Shown here: piece by piece, positions 14,665-29,087 of the stretch
Position numbering within the stretch: the stretch's first letter is position 1
Layout: each line of letters begins with the position of its first letter
Source: Octopus sinensis
Lineage: Eukaryota
Length of the DNA stretch: 64,000 nucleotides
Reading direction: 5' to 3'
Assembly: GCF_006345805.1 (NCBI RefSeq)
Contig: NC_043005.1
Span: 61,318,001-61,382,000 of the forward strand
The notes under the pieces: model-generated
What the model saw: the letters and a program-made list of their open reading frames with translations, nothing else
Databases searched by the model: none
Told to the model about the DNA's origin: nothing
Program-made: the position numbers and the translations under genes

Positions 14665-15459
14665 ATATGTATGTATGTATATAGGAGTGCGCACGCACAC
14701 ACAAATACACATATACACATATCTTTGATCATCTGGCAGATATGTGTGTAATTAATATACTTATCGATTTCAATATCTCTCTGATCAAAAATAGACGGTG
14801 ATTACATGTGCCCCATCGACATGTTGAATTTAGCGAATAATTCTCATTCAAATCACACTCTTCGGATTTTAAAAGGCAGAAACAGTTCGACAAACAGAAT
14901 GTCATATAATATGCATATGTCCCAAATCAAAACGAAAGGTCGCAGTTCAAAAGCCTACAAGAATAGTGTTATTCAACTGAAAAACTTGCAAGCATAGAAC
15001 TGTTCAACTGAAAAACCTACGAGCATAGAGCTGTTAAAACCCTACGCTGAAATAACATTTAACTGCCAATTACTTTATTGCTTTGCTCAGATCACCGTCC
15101 ATACTCTTACTCACCCGCACTTCGCCTCTATCTGTCTGTCTTTATCTCCCCCACTCTCGACCATCCTCTCTCCCTCTTGATATCGCTATATCTTTTATCT
15201 TCTACATTTTCCTTGCCTCAAGCATTAGACTGTGGTCATACTGGAGCACTGATTTAAAGAATTTGACTTGAATGTGGTGTGTATGAGTATAAACACACAC
15301 GCACACATACACATACACACACACATACATACGCAAGGGTTTTTTCAGTTTCCATCTACCAAATCCACTCACAAGGCCAAGTAAGCTCACTCCTAGACGC
15401 TTTTCACTCATATATATATATATATATATATACATGCATACATACATATATATACATAC

Positions 15460-15493
<34 letters not shown>

Positions 15494-15559
15494 ATATATA
15501 TATATATATATATATAATAAAATATTATCTTTTTTAATAATTTTGATATATATTTAAAT

Positions 15560-15645
15560 AATATAAATTAATTAATCTTATGTATTGGCTTAAGTTTTTC
15601 ATTGTATGATTTGCCTAATAGTGGTTTTATCTCTAATTTAATATA

Positions 15646-15650
<5 letters not shown>
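15560..15650 (+). mobile_element. Solo 3' end of the fold-back family at 27788, in (TA)n
   Basis: tatgtattggcttaagtttttcattgtatgatttgcctaatagtggttttatctctaatt matches 28010-28075. Confidence 0.7.
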
Positions 15651-15723
<73 letters not shown>

Positions 15724-16325
15724 TGTGTGTGTGTGTGTGCGTGTGTGTGTGTGTGTATATTCACACACTCCTTATTTTGAAATACTTATAATTTATCAAC
15801 TATATTTTTTAGAAAAAATGAATATGTGAAGAAAGCATTTAGCATGGAGTTTTATTTAAATTTTGATATAGGCACCAGCATTCGCCACCAACTTCTCGTC
15901 AGGAACACTTGTGAGATGGAAGATATAACTTTTCGTATTCGCCCTTCAAGTTCTTCCAGGTTCGTTGCTTTGGTAGAATAGACTTGCTCCTCTAACCAAC
16001 TCTGAAGGAAAACGTCACCGGGTGCTAAATCAAGGCTTCTGGCCGACTAATCATGCGGACCTCACCAACCCATCCATTTACCAGGGAAGTGAACATTTAG
16101 CCATTCACGAACAACAATAGCAAAATGTGGAGAATCGCCGTCAAGCAAAAAAATCAATTCTTCAATATTCTCCCAATTACTGATAACTGTCTAGATTTCA
16201 TCTTGCAGCATGGTGAGGTAACTTTCCGCATTCATGATATTGCAAACGATGAGAGGGATCACAATCGTGAGTGCAGTACCCTAACTACTAGGCCATGCGC
16301 CCTAATGATGATGATGATGATGACG

Positions 16326-16369
<44 letters not shown>

Positions 16370-16371
16370 TA

Positions 16372-16930
16372 TGCCCTGATGCAGTACCAGACAGTGGCTC
16401 GTGTGGCTTCTGATCTTAACTGATTGGAAGTGTTATCATGTACATTGATTTGTCTTGGTATAAAAGATGGGCTACAACAAATATTCTGCTCAATACCACA
16501 GATTTGCTTGTCAGTTGCTTGACCTTAACCAGTTGACCATGCCCCTTAGTTCCTGACGATATGTGCATCTCTGATCACGAGCAGAAGTAGTGGGGGAGCA
16601 TCATAGCCATGTGTTAGGAGGGATTATTTGGAGTTTGAATAATTCAACTCTGGAAACATGGGTGTTTCGTTCAACATCCTTTAGCAACCCTTATTCAGGG
16701 ACCTTTTGAGCGGGATGAGTTACTCGTCCAGAAGAAAATTCTAACTCGGCCCCACCTGCAAGGTCATGTGCTGTTTAATCTTGATATGAGATCACCATCT
16801 CGCGCACACATGGTTGTGATGCATGTGCCTAGTGTACCCTTTTCAGACGGGTAGTCATGATGGGTATACTGGTCTTCGTATATTTTACCCCAGTGTCACT
16901 TTGATGGCATGCACGGCTCTCTCACTCAAT
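16372..16930 (+). mobile_element. Non-coding interspersed element (probable LINE 3'UTR) in an (AAT)n tract
   Basis: ~560 bp of unique sequence with (AAT)n on both sides; ends ctctctcactcaataataat. Confidence 0.55.
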
Positions 16931-16937
16931 AATAATA

Positions 16938-16975
<38 letters not shown>

Positions 16976-16984
16976 TAATAATAA

Positions 16985-18646
16985 TGAAAGCATTCAGCGA
17001 TGACGTCGGGATGGAGTTTGGACTTGAGAAGTGTGCCAAGGCCACTTTCCAGAAAGGGAAAGTGAAGACCACAAATTCAGTCGTGTTAGATGTTGACACA
17101 GTCATAAGAGAGCTTGAGCAAGAACAAACATACAAATATTTAGGGATAAATGAAGGCTCTCGTATTCAGCATGCAAGCATGAAAGAGAAAATCAGGAAGG
17201 AATGTTATAGGAGAGTTCATGCAGTCCTGAAATCTGAACTAAATGCACGTAACAAGGTGTTAGCTATAAATTCCTTAGCAGTTCCAGTTGTTACTTATAG
17301 CTACAATGTGTTGAACTGGAATATGAGTGAAGTAAAGAATATAGATAGAAAAATACGCAAGCTGCTGAGTTGTAATAGGATGCACCACCCAAAGGCAGAC
17401 GTAGATCGCCTTTACCTTCCAGAGCCCAAGGAGGTCGAGGCCTGATCCAATTTGAACTAGCTTACAAAACAACCACAATTGGACTGGCCAAATATCTCGA
17501 AATATCGAATGACTGGATGCTAAAGCTCGTGGAAAATCACGAGAGACGAAAGAAGCTTCATTCTATCATCAAGGAAAGCAAAAAATTTGTTATTGATCTC
17601 GTGCAGGATACCCAGACTGAACAACCCGAGGGAAGTACGGCAACTTTTGTTGCAAAGAAGGTGAAAATGATGGCAATGAAGAAAGCGCACGAGCAATTGG
17701 CTGATAGGTGGGAGGAGAAACCTCTGCACGCCAAATATGTGACCCGCAGCAAACAAGCTGATGTTGACCAGAAGCAAACCCATCAGTAGCTACGGAGCTC
17801 AGGGCTAAAAGCAGAGAGCGAAGGTTTCATCCTGGCTGCTCAAGATCAAAGCCTATTAACCCGGAACTACCAGGCCAATGTGATGAAAAATGGAGGAGAC
17901 CCAAAATGCCGATTCTACAACGACATGATTGAAACAGTGGACCACCTAATCTCTGGATGTAAAGTCTTAGCACCAGTGGAGTATAAATTAAGACATGACA
18001 GAGTTGGCCAATATCTCCACTGGCTAATAAGTCGGCATTACAATATCAAAACTGCCGACAAGTGGTATAATCACCACCCTGAGGCTGTAACTGAAGGAGA
18101 AAATGTAACCATTCTGTGGGACTTTCCAGTACATACAGACCGAACCATCAAGGCCAATAAACCAGATATTGTTGTGAAAGACCAAAACAATAAAGTTTGC
18201 TAATTGATCGACATGAGCATCCCCTGTGATCATAATATCTCAGCGAAAGAGTTTGACAAGCTCAGAAAATATAAAGACCTACTCATTGAAATTGAGAAAA
18301 TGTGGCATCTCAAGGCGGTTACAATACCAGTGATCGTAGGAGCACTAGGAATGATCAAGAAGGGAACCCAAAATTATATGAGAATGATCCCTGGCTTACC
18401 ATCCCTGCAAGAAGTGCAAAAGATTGTCTTAACTGGTACATCACACGTATTGAGAAGAGCATTGTCGATGTGAGAACTGTTGCTGCTCATGTATTTTAAT
18501 TTAACTTTAAAAAAAAAAAAAAAAAATGAACGAACTACTGAGTTTGGTTTAATGGCCTACCAATGTATACTATGAGTTTCTTTGCCCTAGGAGTCGGGAA
18601 GACACTCGGCAAGAAATGGAAGCAAATTTGAAAGAAGAAAAAAAAA

Positions 18647-18690
<44 letters not shown>
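16985..18690 (+). mobile_element. R4/Dong-type LINE copy 2, more 5'-truncated
   Basis: Near-identical to 6520-8121; retains PDIVV and the full C-terminus SHVLRRALSM*; stops at 17787 and 18201, frameshift near 17420; (AAT)n on both sides. Confidence 0.93.
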
Positions 18691-18870
18691 CCTTTCTATT
18701 ATAGGCACAAGGCTTGAAATTTGTAGTGGAGTTGGGGTGAGGAGTTGATTACCATGACACCGGTGCTCAACTAGTACATATTTTATCGACCTCGAAAGGA
18801 TGAAACACAAAGTCGGCTGCAGTTGCATTTGAACTTAGGACGTAAGGCCGCAAGATATGCCGCTGAGATG
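18691..18870 (-). mobile_element. SINE A
   Basis: ggcacaaggcttgaaattt...ttatcgacctcgaaaggatgaaacacaaagtcg. Confidence 0.75.
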
Positions 18871-18879
18871 ATGCAGCAG

Positions 18880-19622
18880 TAAGAAGAGGAGAAGTAGAAG
18901 GAGGAGGAGGAGAAGGAGGAGAAGGAGGAGGAGGAGGAGAAGAAGAAGAAGAGAAGAGAAGAAGAAGAGAAGAAGAAGAAGAAGAGAAGAAGAAGAAGAA
19001 GAAGAAGAAGAAGGAGAGCAGCAACAACAAAAACAAAAGGATGATGATAGCGATGTTGATGATGATTGCATGGTAGTGGTGGTAATGGTGGCGGCGGTGG
19101 CAGTGGTGGCGGTTGCGGTGACAGAGGTGGTGGTAGCAGTTATGATGAACACGATATCGATGATGATTGTTATGTTGATGAGGATGATGACGACGACGAC
19201 GATGACGAAACTGATGATTTTTAGAATTATTCCTCCGGTTATACTGGAACGTGACTCTGAAACAGTAAAGTTAACCATGTGTTATTAACGAAAACAAAAT
19301 ATAATTCTTTCAAAAAATGCCATATTGTATTTCAGAGAATAATCATGTACAAATTTAAAGAAAGAAACCAACAACAAAAACATTCTAATTTAATTTGCCA
19401 CTAAAGTAATTAATTAATAGATAATTATTTTCGTTTATTCACTGAATTTAATCCATTCTAATCCACTCTTATTTTCTTTTTAATAATTTATTTCATATCT
19501 CCTTCATTCCCGGAATATAAATATAATCTAGGTCAGGATTTTTATCTTTTCGTGCGTTCGTTTTGGGTGGTGGTCTTGGCAGTGATGCTAGTAGTAGTAG
19601 TAGTAGTAGTAGTGGTAGTGGC

Positions 19623-19660
<38 letters not shown>

Positions 19661-20260
19661 CAGTAGTAGTGGTGGTGGTGGTGGAGATGCTGGTGTACTA
19701 TGGTAATGATGCTGCGGTGGTTTGTAAGTATCAATAGTATTAATAGTAGTGGTGGTTCTTATTGGTGGTGATGATGGTGGTGGTGGTGGTGGCGGTGTTA
19801 GTGATGGTGGTAGTGGTGTTGGTGATACTGGTAGTGGTGGTGGTGATGCTGGTGTACTTTGATAATGATAGTGGTTGCGGTTAGGTGGTAGTAGCAAGAG
19901 AAGGACGGGGACGAGGAGGAAGAGAAGAGGGGAACTGTAGCAGTAGTAGTAGTAGTAGTGCTGGTGGTTCTGGTGGTGGTGGAGATGCTGGTGTACTATG
20001 GTAATGATGCTGCGGTGGTTTGTAAGTATCCATTGTATTAATAGTAGTGGTGATGTTATTGATGGTGGCGGCGTTAGTGATGGTGGTAATGGTGGTGGTG
20101 ATGCTGGTGTACTTTGATAATGATAGTGGTTGTGGTTAGGTAGTAGTAGCAAGAGAAGGACGGGGACGAGGAGGAAGAGAAGGGGGGAGCTGTAGTAGTA
20201 GTAGTAGTAGTAGGGGGAGGAGGAGGAAGAAGAAGAAGTGGAAGTGGGTAAACAATAGCA
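18880..20260. repeat. Trinucleotide low-complexity region (GAA/GGA/GAT/GTG/GTA) with a ~290-bp tandem duplication (~19673-19958 and ~19973-20213)
   Basis: ggagatgctggtgtactatggtaatgatgctgcggtggtttgtaagtatc...gcaagagaaggacggggacgaggaggaagagaag occurs twice. Confidence 0.85.
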
Positions 20261-20334
20261 GTAGTTATTAGTAATATTTTTAGACCCCGGTCGAAATTAT
20301 GTCCAAAGATAAATACTCTGAAGGAATATAATCG

Positions 20335-20530
20335 TTTCTAATTTAGGCACAAGGGGGGATGCAGTCGATTATATTGACCCCAGTGCGTAACTGGCACTTA
20401 ATTTATCGACCCCGAAAAGATGAAAAGCAAAGTCGACCTCGGCGGAATTTGAACTCAGAACGTAGCGGCAGACGAAATACCGCTAAGCATTTCGCCCAAT
20501 GTGCTAACGTTTCTGCCAACTCGCCGCCTT
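20335..20530 (-). mobile_element. SINE A, well preserved
   Basis: gcaaagtcgacctcggcggaatttgaactcagaacgtagcggcagacgaaataccgctaagcatttcgcc...ttctgccaactcgccgcc. Confidence 0.88.
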
Positions 20531-23500
20531 AAAGAAGGAGTATAATAGATAAACTAATATAGTTGTTCCATTCGTAAAATAGCTATAACATGACAGATTT
20601 AGTGGTGGTGGGGGGATTTACGTGCAATTTTTAACACTTACAGAGAAGGCACAGATGTGCTAACTTTGGCTCGAATCGTAATAGTAGTAGTAGTTCTACT
20701 TGTTGTTATTGATAGGGTTGCTTTTAAGGAGAGTAATGGTGGTGGTGGTGGTGGTGCTAGTTTTCAAAAGAATTCGATTCGTTTCTTATGTCATTTCTCA
20801 CCTGAGACATGACTTTAACATTCTCATTATTGCTATTTCTTTTTAAAGAAAACTACTCCGCATTATATTAATTCTATGGCTGTAACCCAGAGTTTTTCTT
20901 TTCGCGTAACAACTAGTCCTTTCTCAGCTTGTTATCATCAATGCACATAATATGTTTATATTCACGCAGAGTCGTCTTTCACGCACTACAATAGACACCG
21001 CATGCATATGTGATTTCTTGAAATGTGAGAAATATCAGTCAAATTGTTCTGAAATCATTCCATACTGTCACTACAAAAAGAACATCTTATGTAGTATAAT
21101 TTAGTTTCAGATTTACTTTGTCTGAAATAAAGGGATGATCTCGGTTAGAATGACATTAATCATAGGTCTTTTCGACCATAGCTGACATGAACATGAACAA
21201 AATCGTCAGCATTCTTACAATTTAGCTGCAGTAAATATTACTTTAAGGCAGAGCTTCTGAAACTTAAAGTATTCATGGACATTCATAGATTAGGCGGAAT
21301 ATCATGGGAACATTTAATATACATCGGAATAATATTATTACAGGTATGCTGAAAATAAGCATCAAAATAGAATTTTGTTAGCATAATTTAGTTATGTATC
21401 TTTTCTTCGTATTTCGAAATCTACAGATCGATGACTATCATAACTAAGAAAGTAAATCTTATAACCTTAGATGAGTTTTCGTCAGATGTTAATGAATCTT
21501 GTAACTTGTGGATGGAACTTGTAACCGTAAATCAGCTACTATATTCAGCCTTTACTAACATTCGTTCATTATTATTGCTATTAGTATTATTATTATTATT
21601 ATTATTATTATTGAATACAGAAAAAGCGTCTTTTGTATGAAGATGAAGTGGAAAATCGCATTAACACTTTTAAAGATTCTGTACTTCTGGAATGTAATTC
21701 CATTAATGTTACAATCGAAAATGTTATGAGCTCCACTTGCTGAAATTGTTATTTGGGGGTAAATTTTGTTGCACTTTGTCTATTTTCTGATCCTATCATT
21801 CTATGAACGATTATTTGAGCTGAATAAGTCTACAAATGTCTACAAATGGGATTTCCCCTCGCAAATTGATTACCAAATTTAATACTATTTTCCCCCGAAG
21901 TTTAAATCTCCATATAGTATAAGTTTTATAAGTCTTTGTCGAAAGGTGAAAATCTAGTAAAATCTGTCAACTTATCCGTTTGTAGAATTCTCCGATCAAT
22001 TTAACACTTCTTATTTAACTCACTTTCTCAAAGAAATTTCACATTTTATTAATACACTTATTGACAACTATTTGAAAGTGATACATTACCAAAGTTTACT
22101 ACCACGCAAATTCCAAATCTTTTACCATGTGACATTCTGTAATTGTATGTTTTATGTTTTTTTATTTGCTTTTTACTAGCCAATAACGAATTTGATATGA
22201 AAGCAAGTAAACTTTTATTTTCTTTTTTTGTTGTTGTTGCTGAAATGCTTGTTTCCCATTATGGAAAATGTAACTTTAAAATTCCGTTTTCTTTCGATTC
22301 AATTTCAAGCAATTTATTTTAAGACATTCTTCACTTGAATCTTTTAAATTCAAATTACCTCTAAATGTTCAACTGGATTTAAGCTGATATTACCGAAAAC
22401 CTTTCCATATTCAACACGCAGTCACCTTGGTTCTCTTTTAATACCAACCCAGGTGAATCTGAAAGCAATAAGACTTTCATCATATTTTGTTTTCTTATGT
22501 TTACTTTGTTGTTCTGGTTTGTTTGAAATTGGTTTTTGAAGATGAATGTTCTCTAACCTTAATCTAAGTTACATCTATTTCGATCACGTTGCATGGGTTT
22601 TTGATTTATTGATTTTTTTTAACGATTCAACCATTGGAGAAGTAAATAGAGTGCAATTTATTGATTATAGGAAATTTTTATGACCTCAGACACTTATCTT
22701 CACTGCACATGCATTATAAAAATCATTAAACTATTTAACACAAATATTGTGCAATATTTTTAACAACCACTTCACATTTATTGTTGTCTAAACCGAAATT
22801 TATCGGAAATTATCGCGTAATCTTAGCTTGAGTTAACAAAATTTTCAAGTTAAGCTGATATATGTCCAGGATTAGTATGCATATATCAAATTTGTATAAA
22901 TTTGCGTCAAGTTTACATGTGTATGCGTGCGTGTCTTTTGCGTGTTCTAGAAGTATCTAATGTACAACTCCATTACTTACTTCCACCTCAGCGTGTCACT
23001 TCATATGTGTATCTGCATGTTTTAAAGTGTGTAACAGTAGATTTCATTCTAAATGGGTGTAAAATATTGGATTTGGTTTTGGCACCAAGTAGAAAGAGTA
23101 AAAGAGAAGAGAATGCTGTTGGGTTGTTTAAGGCCTGCCCCAAGTATGTATATGGCTACGTTTTATGCGTTGAAGTTGAGCATGTCAATTTGCTTTAACA
23201 GCTGCTAAAATTTATCATTCTTTCAAAATGAATAATTAATTGAAAAAGTGAGGTGAAGAAATCAATAATTTTACTCTGATATAAACAGCAATGTATTTAC
23301 ATATGAATATAGACATATATCTGCCTATTCGCATAGTATATAATCAAGTGTATATACAAATGCATATACAACACGAAAGGTTCGAAGTTCGGTCTAAAAC
23401 AGAGTAGAATACTAATCAGTTTGTATTCCGTTACAAACTAAGGATAACTGAAAGTGTTATAAAGAATTAATATTTAAATCTTTCTTTTCCATAACTAAGG

Positions 23501-23773
23501 TCTCATTACCAAAATTAATATAAAAGTGAGAGTTCATATTTTTCATATTGGTAGAGCAACTCTTCTTCTGCATAAAGGTATTACTCAAATTAATCTGTTA
23601 CATTTACGATTTTTTTAAAGTTGGGATCAGCAATTGGGCAGATGAAATGGAAGCTATGTTGTGTAGTATCTTTGTATAGAAGGTCTACTCTACGAAATTT
23701 GAGTGACCAATGTCAATTCATAAAACATTATGCGCACCCGTGCATTATTTTCGGCCCAAGCTTTGTATTTATG

Positions 23774-24570
23774 TACGAGGAGGTATCCAGAAGTAACCGG
23801 AAACCTTCTCTATAGGAAAAACCCGTTCTAGTTCAGTCTTCCTACGATAGAAGCCACTTGATGTAAATTTGAGGCATCAATCTGCCGACCGGCGTCGTCT
23901 GGTGGTGTCGTACTGCCACGTGATGCGTTTTTATTTTGCAGTACTTCTCTTCGGTTCGTCGATTTTTGCGATGATTGAAACGAAGGAACAGTGTGCTGCT
24001 GTGAAACTCTGTTTTCTTCTTGGGAAAACGGCTACCGAAACAGTTGTCACGCTTCAGACAACTTACAAGGACGCTGCCATGAACAAAACGCAAGTTTACG
24101 AGTGGTTACTACGCTTTAGGAACGAATGAAAACATTATGAAAATTCACGAACTGATCTTGGAGGACCGTCAAAGAACAAGTGACGAACTTGTTGATATCA
24201 CTGGTGTGTCCAGGAACTCCTCCCAACGAATTTTGTGCGAGGAATTGCGAATGCAAAGAGTTGCAGCAAAATTTGTACCTCGCTGGCTCATGGAAGCTCA
24301 GAAGCAGTCACGACTGAATCCGTGTCGGGAACTGAGAAAACAGTTGAAAGTTGATCCAGACCTCTTTTCGAAAAACATCACTGGTGACGGAATTGCAGAT
24401 ATGGAAGATGTGGAGAAAAGAACGGTGGCGGTGTTGAAAAACATCACTTAGCCAGAGTTCCAGCACTGCTTCGAACAGTGGATAATGCACCTGAACCGAT
24501 GCATTGCTTCAAATGGAGAATACTTTGAAGGCGATACAAGTTTAAACATGTAAAATTAGGTGAATAAAAT
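23774..24570 (+). mobile_element. Tc1/mariner (mariner-type) transposon relic, internally deleted
   Basis: 5' end tacgaggaggtatccagaagtaaccgg; HTH EQCAAVKLCFLLGKTATET..KTQVYEW; KFVPRWL; ITGD; C-terminal RCIASNGEYFEG. Confidence 0.88.
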
Positions 24571-26818
24571 ATTGCAAAATCCAATTTGCCTATCTAGTTT
24601 GGAAGTGTTTTCAGGATGTTTTGATACGAAATATTACGAATGCACATGACTATAATTTTAGATACAATTCGACTAGAATTGCAAAAATTCAAATAGGAAA
24701 TTGAAAACAATCAATGAAAGAGAGTAATTTAATTATTTATTTTGTGGCAAAGACACATACGCTTTCGTAAATGTATAAATAAATTATTGGCCTTTTACCA
24801 AATCTTACGTTTTCGCACTTAATTAGAAAATTGTATGACTCTATAACAGATACAGTCCGCCACATTACTGAGATAAGTATTATATTGATATTCTTGGTGT
24901 TATATTCGTGTTTCGTTTATCTGTTGCACAGAGGGAAAATATCTTATGGGAACTGTGTTATTTGGTTGGATGATATTGGTGAAGAGTTTATGTTGCGTGA
25001 GTGGAGTTATGTCTTTAAGTGTCAGGTGATGATTGTGTCGAATATATGCTTCGTGATGTGTGTTATATTATTGGATGGAAATTATGTGCAAAATAATTTC
25101 AATGAGTTGTCAAATGAGAGAGAGAACCGAACAATGTGTCTATCAGTGTTTAGAATGTCTTTTAACGGTCTACGTCGCGATCGATCATGTAATTGGTAGT
25201 TAAGTACTAAAATAGATTAAGTCCCTTTCTGAATTGTGTAATGCTATTCTAATGTAAGATATCATTAGAATCAGTTGAACAACAATCGGAGTACTTTGTG
25301 CTGGAGGTTTGAATCACTTTTTTAAGATTCAAATCTCGACTTATTCTACCTTCCATTTTATCATCATGGGGTCGATGCAACGTGCATCTTTATATACTGG
25401 CAATTATTTAATAGAATTTGCTCTTCGGCCAATATTTCTGACATTGTGCTTATGCTAAATCAGATCATTACTACCTTTATTATTGAAATGTTCGATCTTA
25501 AGTATTCCTATTTCTGATGTGTACTTTAGCGACAGCAATTCATTGGAACTCTGAAAAGGGATTGGCTTTTTAAATTACCGTTCTTGTCACGTGTTGTTTC
25601 TTCAGTCCCGAGTTAAAATTTAATGAACGTATTTTGCATCAAAACATTCCAGGTATTACCATTAGGCACGCAATCATTGATATTCCTTTAAAATGATGAG
25701 ATTGCAATTGCAAGATTTAGGGTTCGATCGGGCTGTGCAATATCAGGTGCTAGTGAATATTTACTAAACGGAGATTGTACGGAAAACTTTTGGAAGAGAC
25801 GTTCTGTACTAGTGTAGTAGAATTAATCCGTCACTATCTTTAATCCAAGTTCATCTGGGTCCCTTTAATGAAGAACGCTTTGTTGGAAGCATATAAACTT
25901 TCGAAACTTCGATCGCAAAATAAATGCTACAAATTTCTCACTCGCCTTGGTGACTCTGTAAAAGGTCCTGTGCACTAAAAAGCAGTACAAATGGCGGAAT
26001 TTTCGCTGTTGTTTCAAGCAAAATGAAAGACCACGGAGAAACTTCTTCCTTCGATTTCAATCACTCTTTCAATTATCTAACTGGTGTTCTTGCAATCTCT
26101 ATGAAAACAATTCAAGTATTTCTTTGTTTCTACCCCAGTCCAAAAATTTTCAAACATTTTTTCTTTGGCTTCGATTCCACCATTATAAAATATAACATGT
26201 TGTATAACTTGCCTTTTTCTATTATCATAATACAGTAAATACAAGTCTTTATAATTGTTTAGTTTCTACAGGCAACTTTTACAATACAGTTATTTTCACA
26301 GTCATTCATTCATCTTGACTCTATACTTCCATCTAAACTACATTTATATATTATTTTCTTTAGCATTTAAGTTTTCCTTTTGTATTCATTTGTGCGATCT
26401 TGTAACATTTACACGTTATTTTGCTCTAGGATATCAAGACTTCTGTATTTACCATTGTGTTGTTTTATAATTAGAAAACGGTTTGGTTAAATCGTGTCAA
26501 CTTTCATAGCCAGTATCGTATTATACGTCTCTATTAAGTCGTCTTACAATCAACCAGACTTACGTAAAACTTTTACTATTTTTCTGTCTCGTATATAAGA
26601 TATATGGTGGATAACAGGGTCGTGGGATATAAATCTTCGTGGAGCGAATCTCTATTTCATTAAATTTCGGAGGTAACATTAAATTGTCTTTACAATGTAG
26701 CACAGAATTACCGTCTGTTCGTTTACATATCTGCACACGTACACACATACACCCACATACGTATACCTACAATTACGTGTGTGCGAAAGTGTCCGAGTGA
26801 GTGTGTCCACGTATATAT

Positions 26819-26849
<31 letters not shown>

Positions 26850-26894
26850 GTGTGTGTATGTATGTATATATATATATATGCGTGCGTGTACATT

Positions 26895-26933
<39 letters not shown>

Positions 26934-27362
26934 ATATATATGCATATATATATATATGCATATATATATATATATACATATATATATACATGCATACACA
27001 CACACTCCGTGTTCTCGTCAGTAAGGGCTTTACAATTAACGTATAATTATGGGACAAATAGACAACACATGTCTCATCTTTGACCCTGTCAGTGTCACTT
27101 CTTTTGTGTATAAAAGTTCACTAGTTTTATATGAAGTATATAAATATATATATATGTAATTAAAATAAGCAACAAGAATATCTCCGGTAATTTGATACGA
27201 TCGCTTCACGCTAAATCATTTTATTAAATATTGTAAGTATTACAACAGTTTTAAAATGTTGAGCAATCATCAGGCATTTATAGAGGTTTTCCATTAATAC
27301 ATAATTTTCATATTAACTTAAGTAAGTACCCTATTCATTTGAATCTAAATTTTGCCGAACTT

Positions 27363-27418
<56 letters not shown>

Positions 27419-27464
27419 TTTGTATATATATATATGCGTGCGTGTACATTTATATATATATATT

Positions 27465-27708
27465 GTCAATAATAAAAGGATAAAATTGATTAATTATTAA
27501 TTAATATTTCACCAAGTAGTGTTCAGTATGTAAACAGACCGTTTACAGTATATTTAAAACATTACGTTATATAATTCGGGTTCAGTAAAAAAAATTACTT
27601 TACCACACACCGAACATTCAGAAATAACAGGAGGAAATAGCTAAATTCTTTGGCTGTTATTTCTAAAAGTTCGGTATGTGGTAAAGTAATTTTTTTTTTA
27701 CTGAACCC

Positions 27709-27718
<10 letters not shown>
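27465..27718 (+). mobile_element. Mini fold-back element in (TA)n (tail + inverted 3' end + direct 3' end), probably Penelope-like-derived
   Basis: 27568-27630 is the reverse complement of 27654-27718; unpaired extension at 27465-27567. Confidence 0.7.
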
Positions 27719-27778
<60 letters not shown>

Positions 27779-27787
27779 TATAAATAT

Positions 27788-28067
27788 TAGGGAATAAATC
27801 CAAATTTACAGGGAAAAATTAGATTTAGGATTGAATCCAATTTCATAGTAAAATATAATATAATATTAATTAGAGACAAAACCACTATTATGCAAATCAA
27901 ACAAAGAAAGACTTAATCCAATACATAAAAAATTTTATATAAATTAAATAAAATTAAGTTATTCACTTAATGGATAACTTAATTTTATTTAATTTATATA
28001 AAATTTTTTACGTATTGGATTAAGTCTTTCTTTGTTTGATTTGCATAATAGTGGTTTTTGTCTCTAA

Positions 28068-28078
<11 letters not shown>
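27788..28078 (+). mobile_element. Mini fold-back element in (TA)n, ~105-bp arms, 5-nt loop
   Basis: 27859-27965 pairs with 27971-28078 almost perfectly; unpaired extension 27788-27858; solo copies at 15560 and 53522. Confidence 0.75.
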
Positions 28079-28123
<45 letters not shown>

Positions 28124-29052
28124 ATGCAGTCGTGTATTCACACGCGCGTACGTTTGGGGTTAAGCAAGATGAGTATGTTGTTAGATCAGGACAATGACGC
28201 GTTGATTCATATTAGATTAAAGATACCTACCCATGGTGTTGACCTATGGGGCGAGAACGTGGAATCATGCGTAAGGAAGCGACCATCTCCACAACAGCGC
28301 TCCGTCGCCTAATTATATTTTTCAGCCTCTCCCCTTCTGTATATTCTCCAGTGATGCTCTTGACCGCACACATAAACTTCTCATCACTTCTTTTCGTATT
28401 TCTTTAGAAGTCAAATTGCCAAGTGCATTGTGTCTAATATAGCGAGAAGCCATCTCTAAATTTTATTTTTTCATATATATATATATATATTTGTCTCTTG
28501 CAAGTAATGCATGGTGCATTCATATCAACTTACTGGACAACACGGAAAAAGCTGCAAAATAGCTTAATATTGTTATTGCTCAGTCTTTGCTATCTTTAGT
28601 GATGGCTCTTTCATTTATTTTTTTCTCGGGGAAGTTTTTGAACATCCTCTTATATATTTTCGCCATCTGCAAATTTCATTTTCTTTTTCTTTTTGAATTC
28701 ATGTATTGGCATCATCACAAAAGACTCACATTTCCTTCATTACTTTTTCTTTTTCCGCTGGAAAATATTTATGATATATTTATCTCGGAAGATGATTCCC
28801 GCAACCCTTCTTTCTGTATTTTGTTTTTTTGTTTTGTTTTACCCTCTATCATTCAATATTGCGTGATATACCTGTCAACATGAAACGGTGAGTGCTACTG
28901 CTACAAATGATGATGATAATGATGATCATGATGATTATGATGATGAAGATGATGACGACGACAGCATTATGTAATCTGTGAGACAGTCGTTTTGAATAAA
29001 GAGAAATTTCATATACGTCTGTGCGCGGACGCGTATACTAATGTATATAAAG

Positions 29053-29087
<35 letters not shown>

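Noticed and set aside
18767-20152. Proline-rich and poly-Leu/Val ORFs (extensin-like)
   Set aside because: They arise from trinucleotide low-complexity DNA and a local duplication; no splice or domain evidence.
21225-21530. Two candidate exons around a short intron
   Set aside because: The open frames are phase-incompatible and splicing gives an immediate stop.
27235-27280. Minus-strand CTGATGA hammerhead candidate
   Set aside because: GAAA is absent (aaaa) and stems I and II do not pair convincingly; at most a decayed relic.
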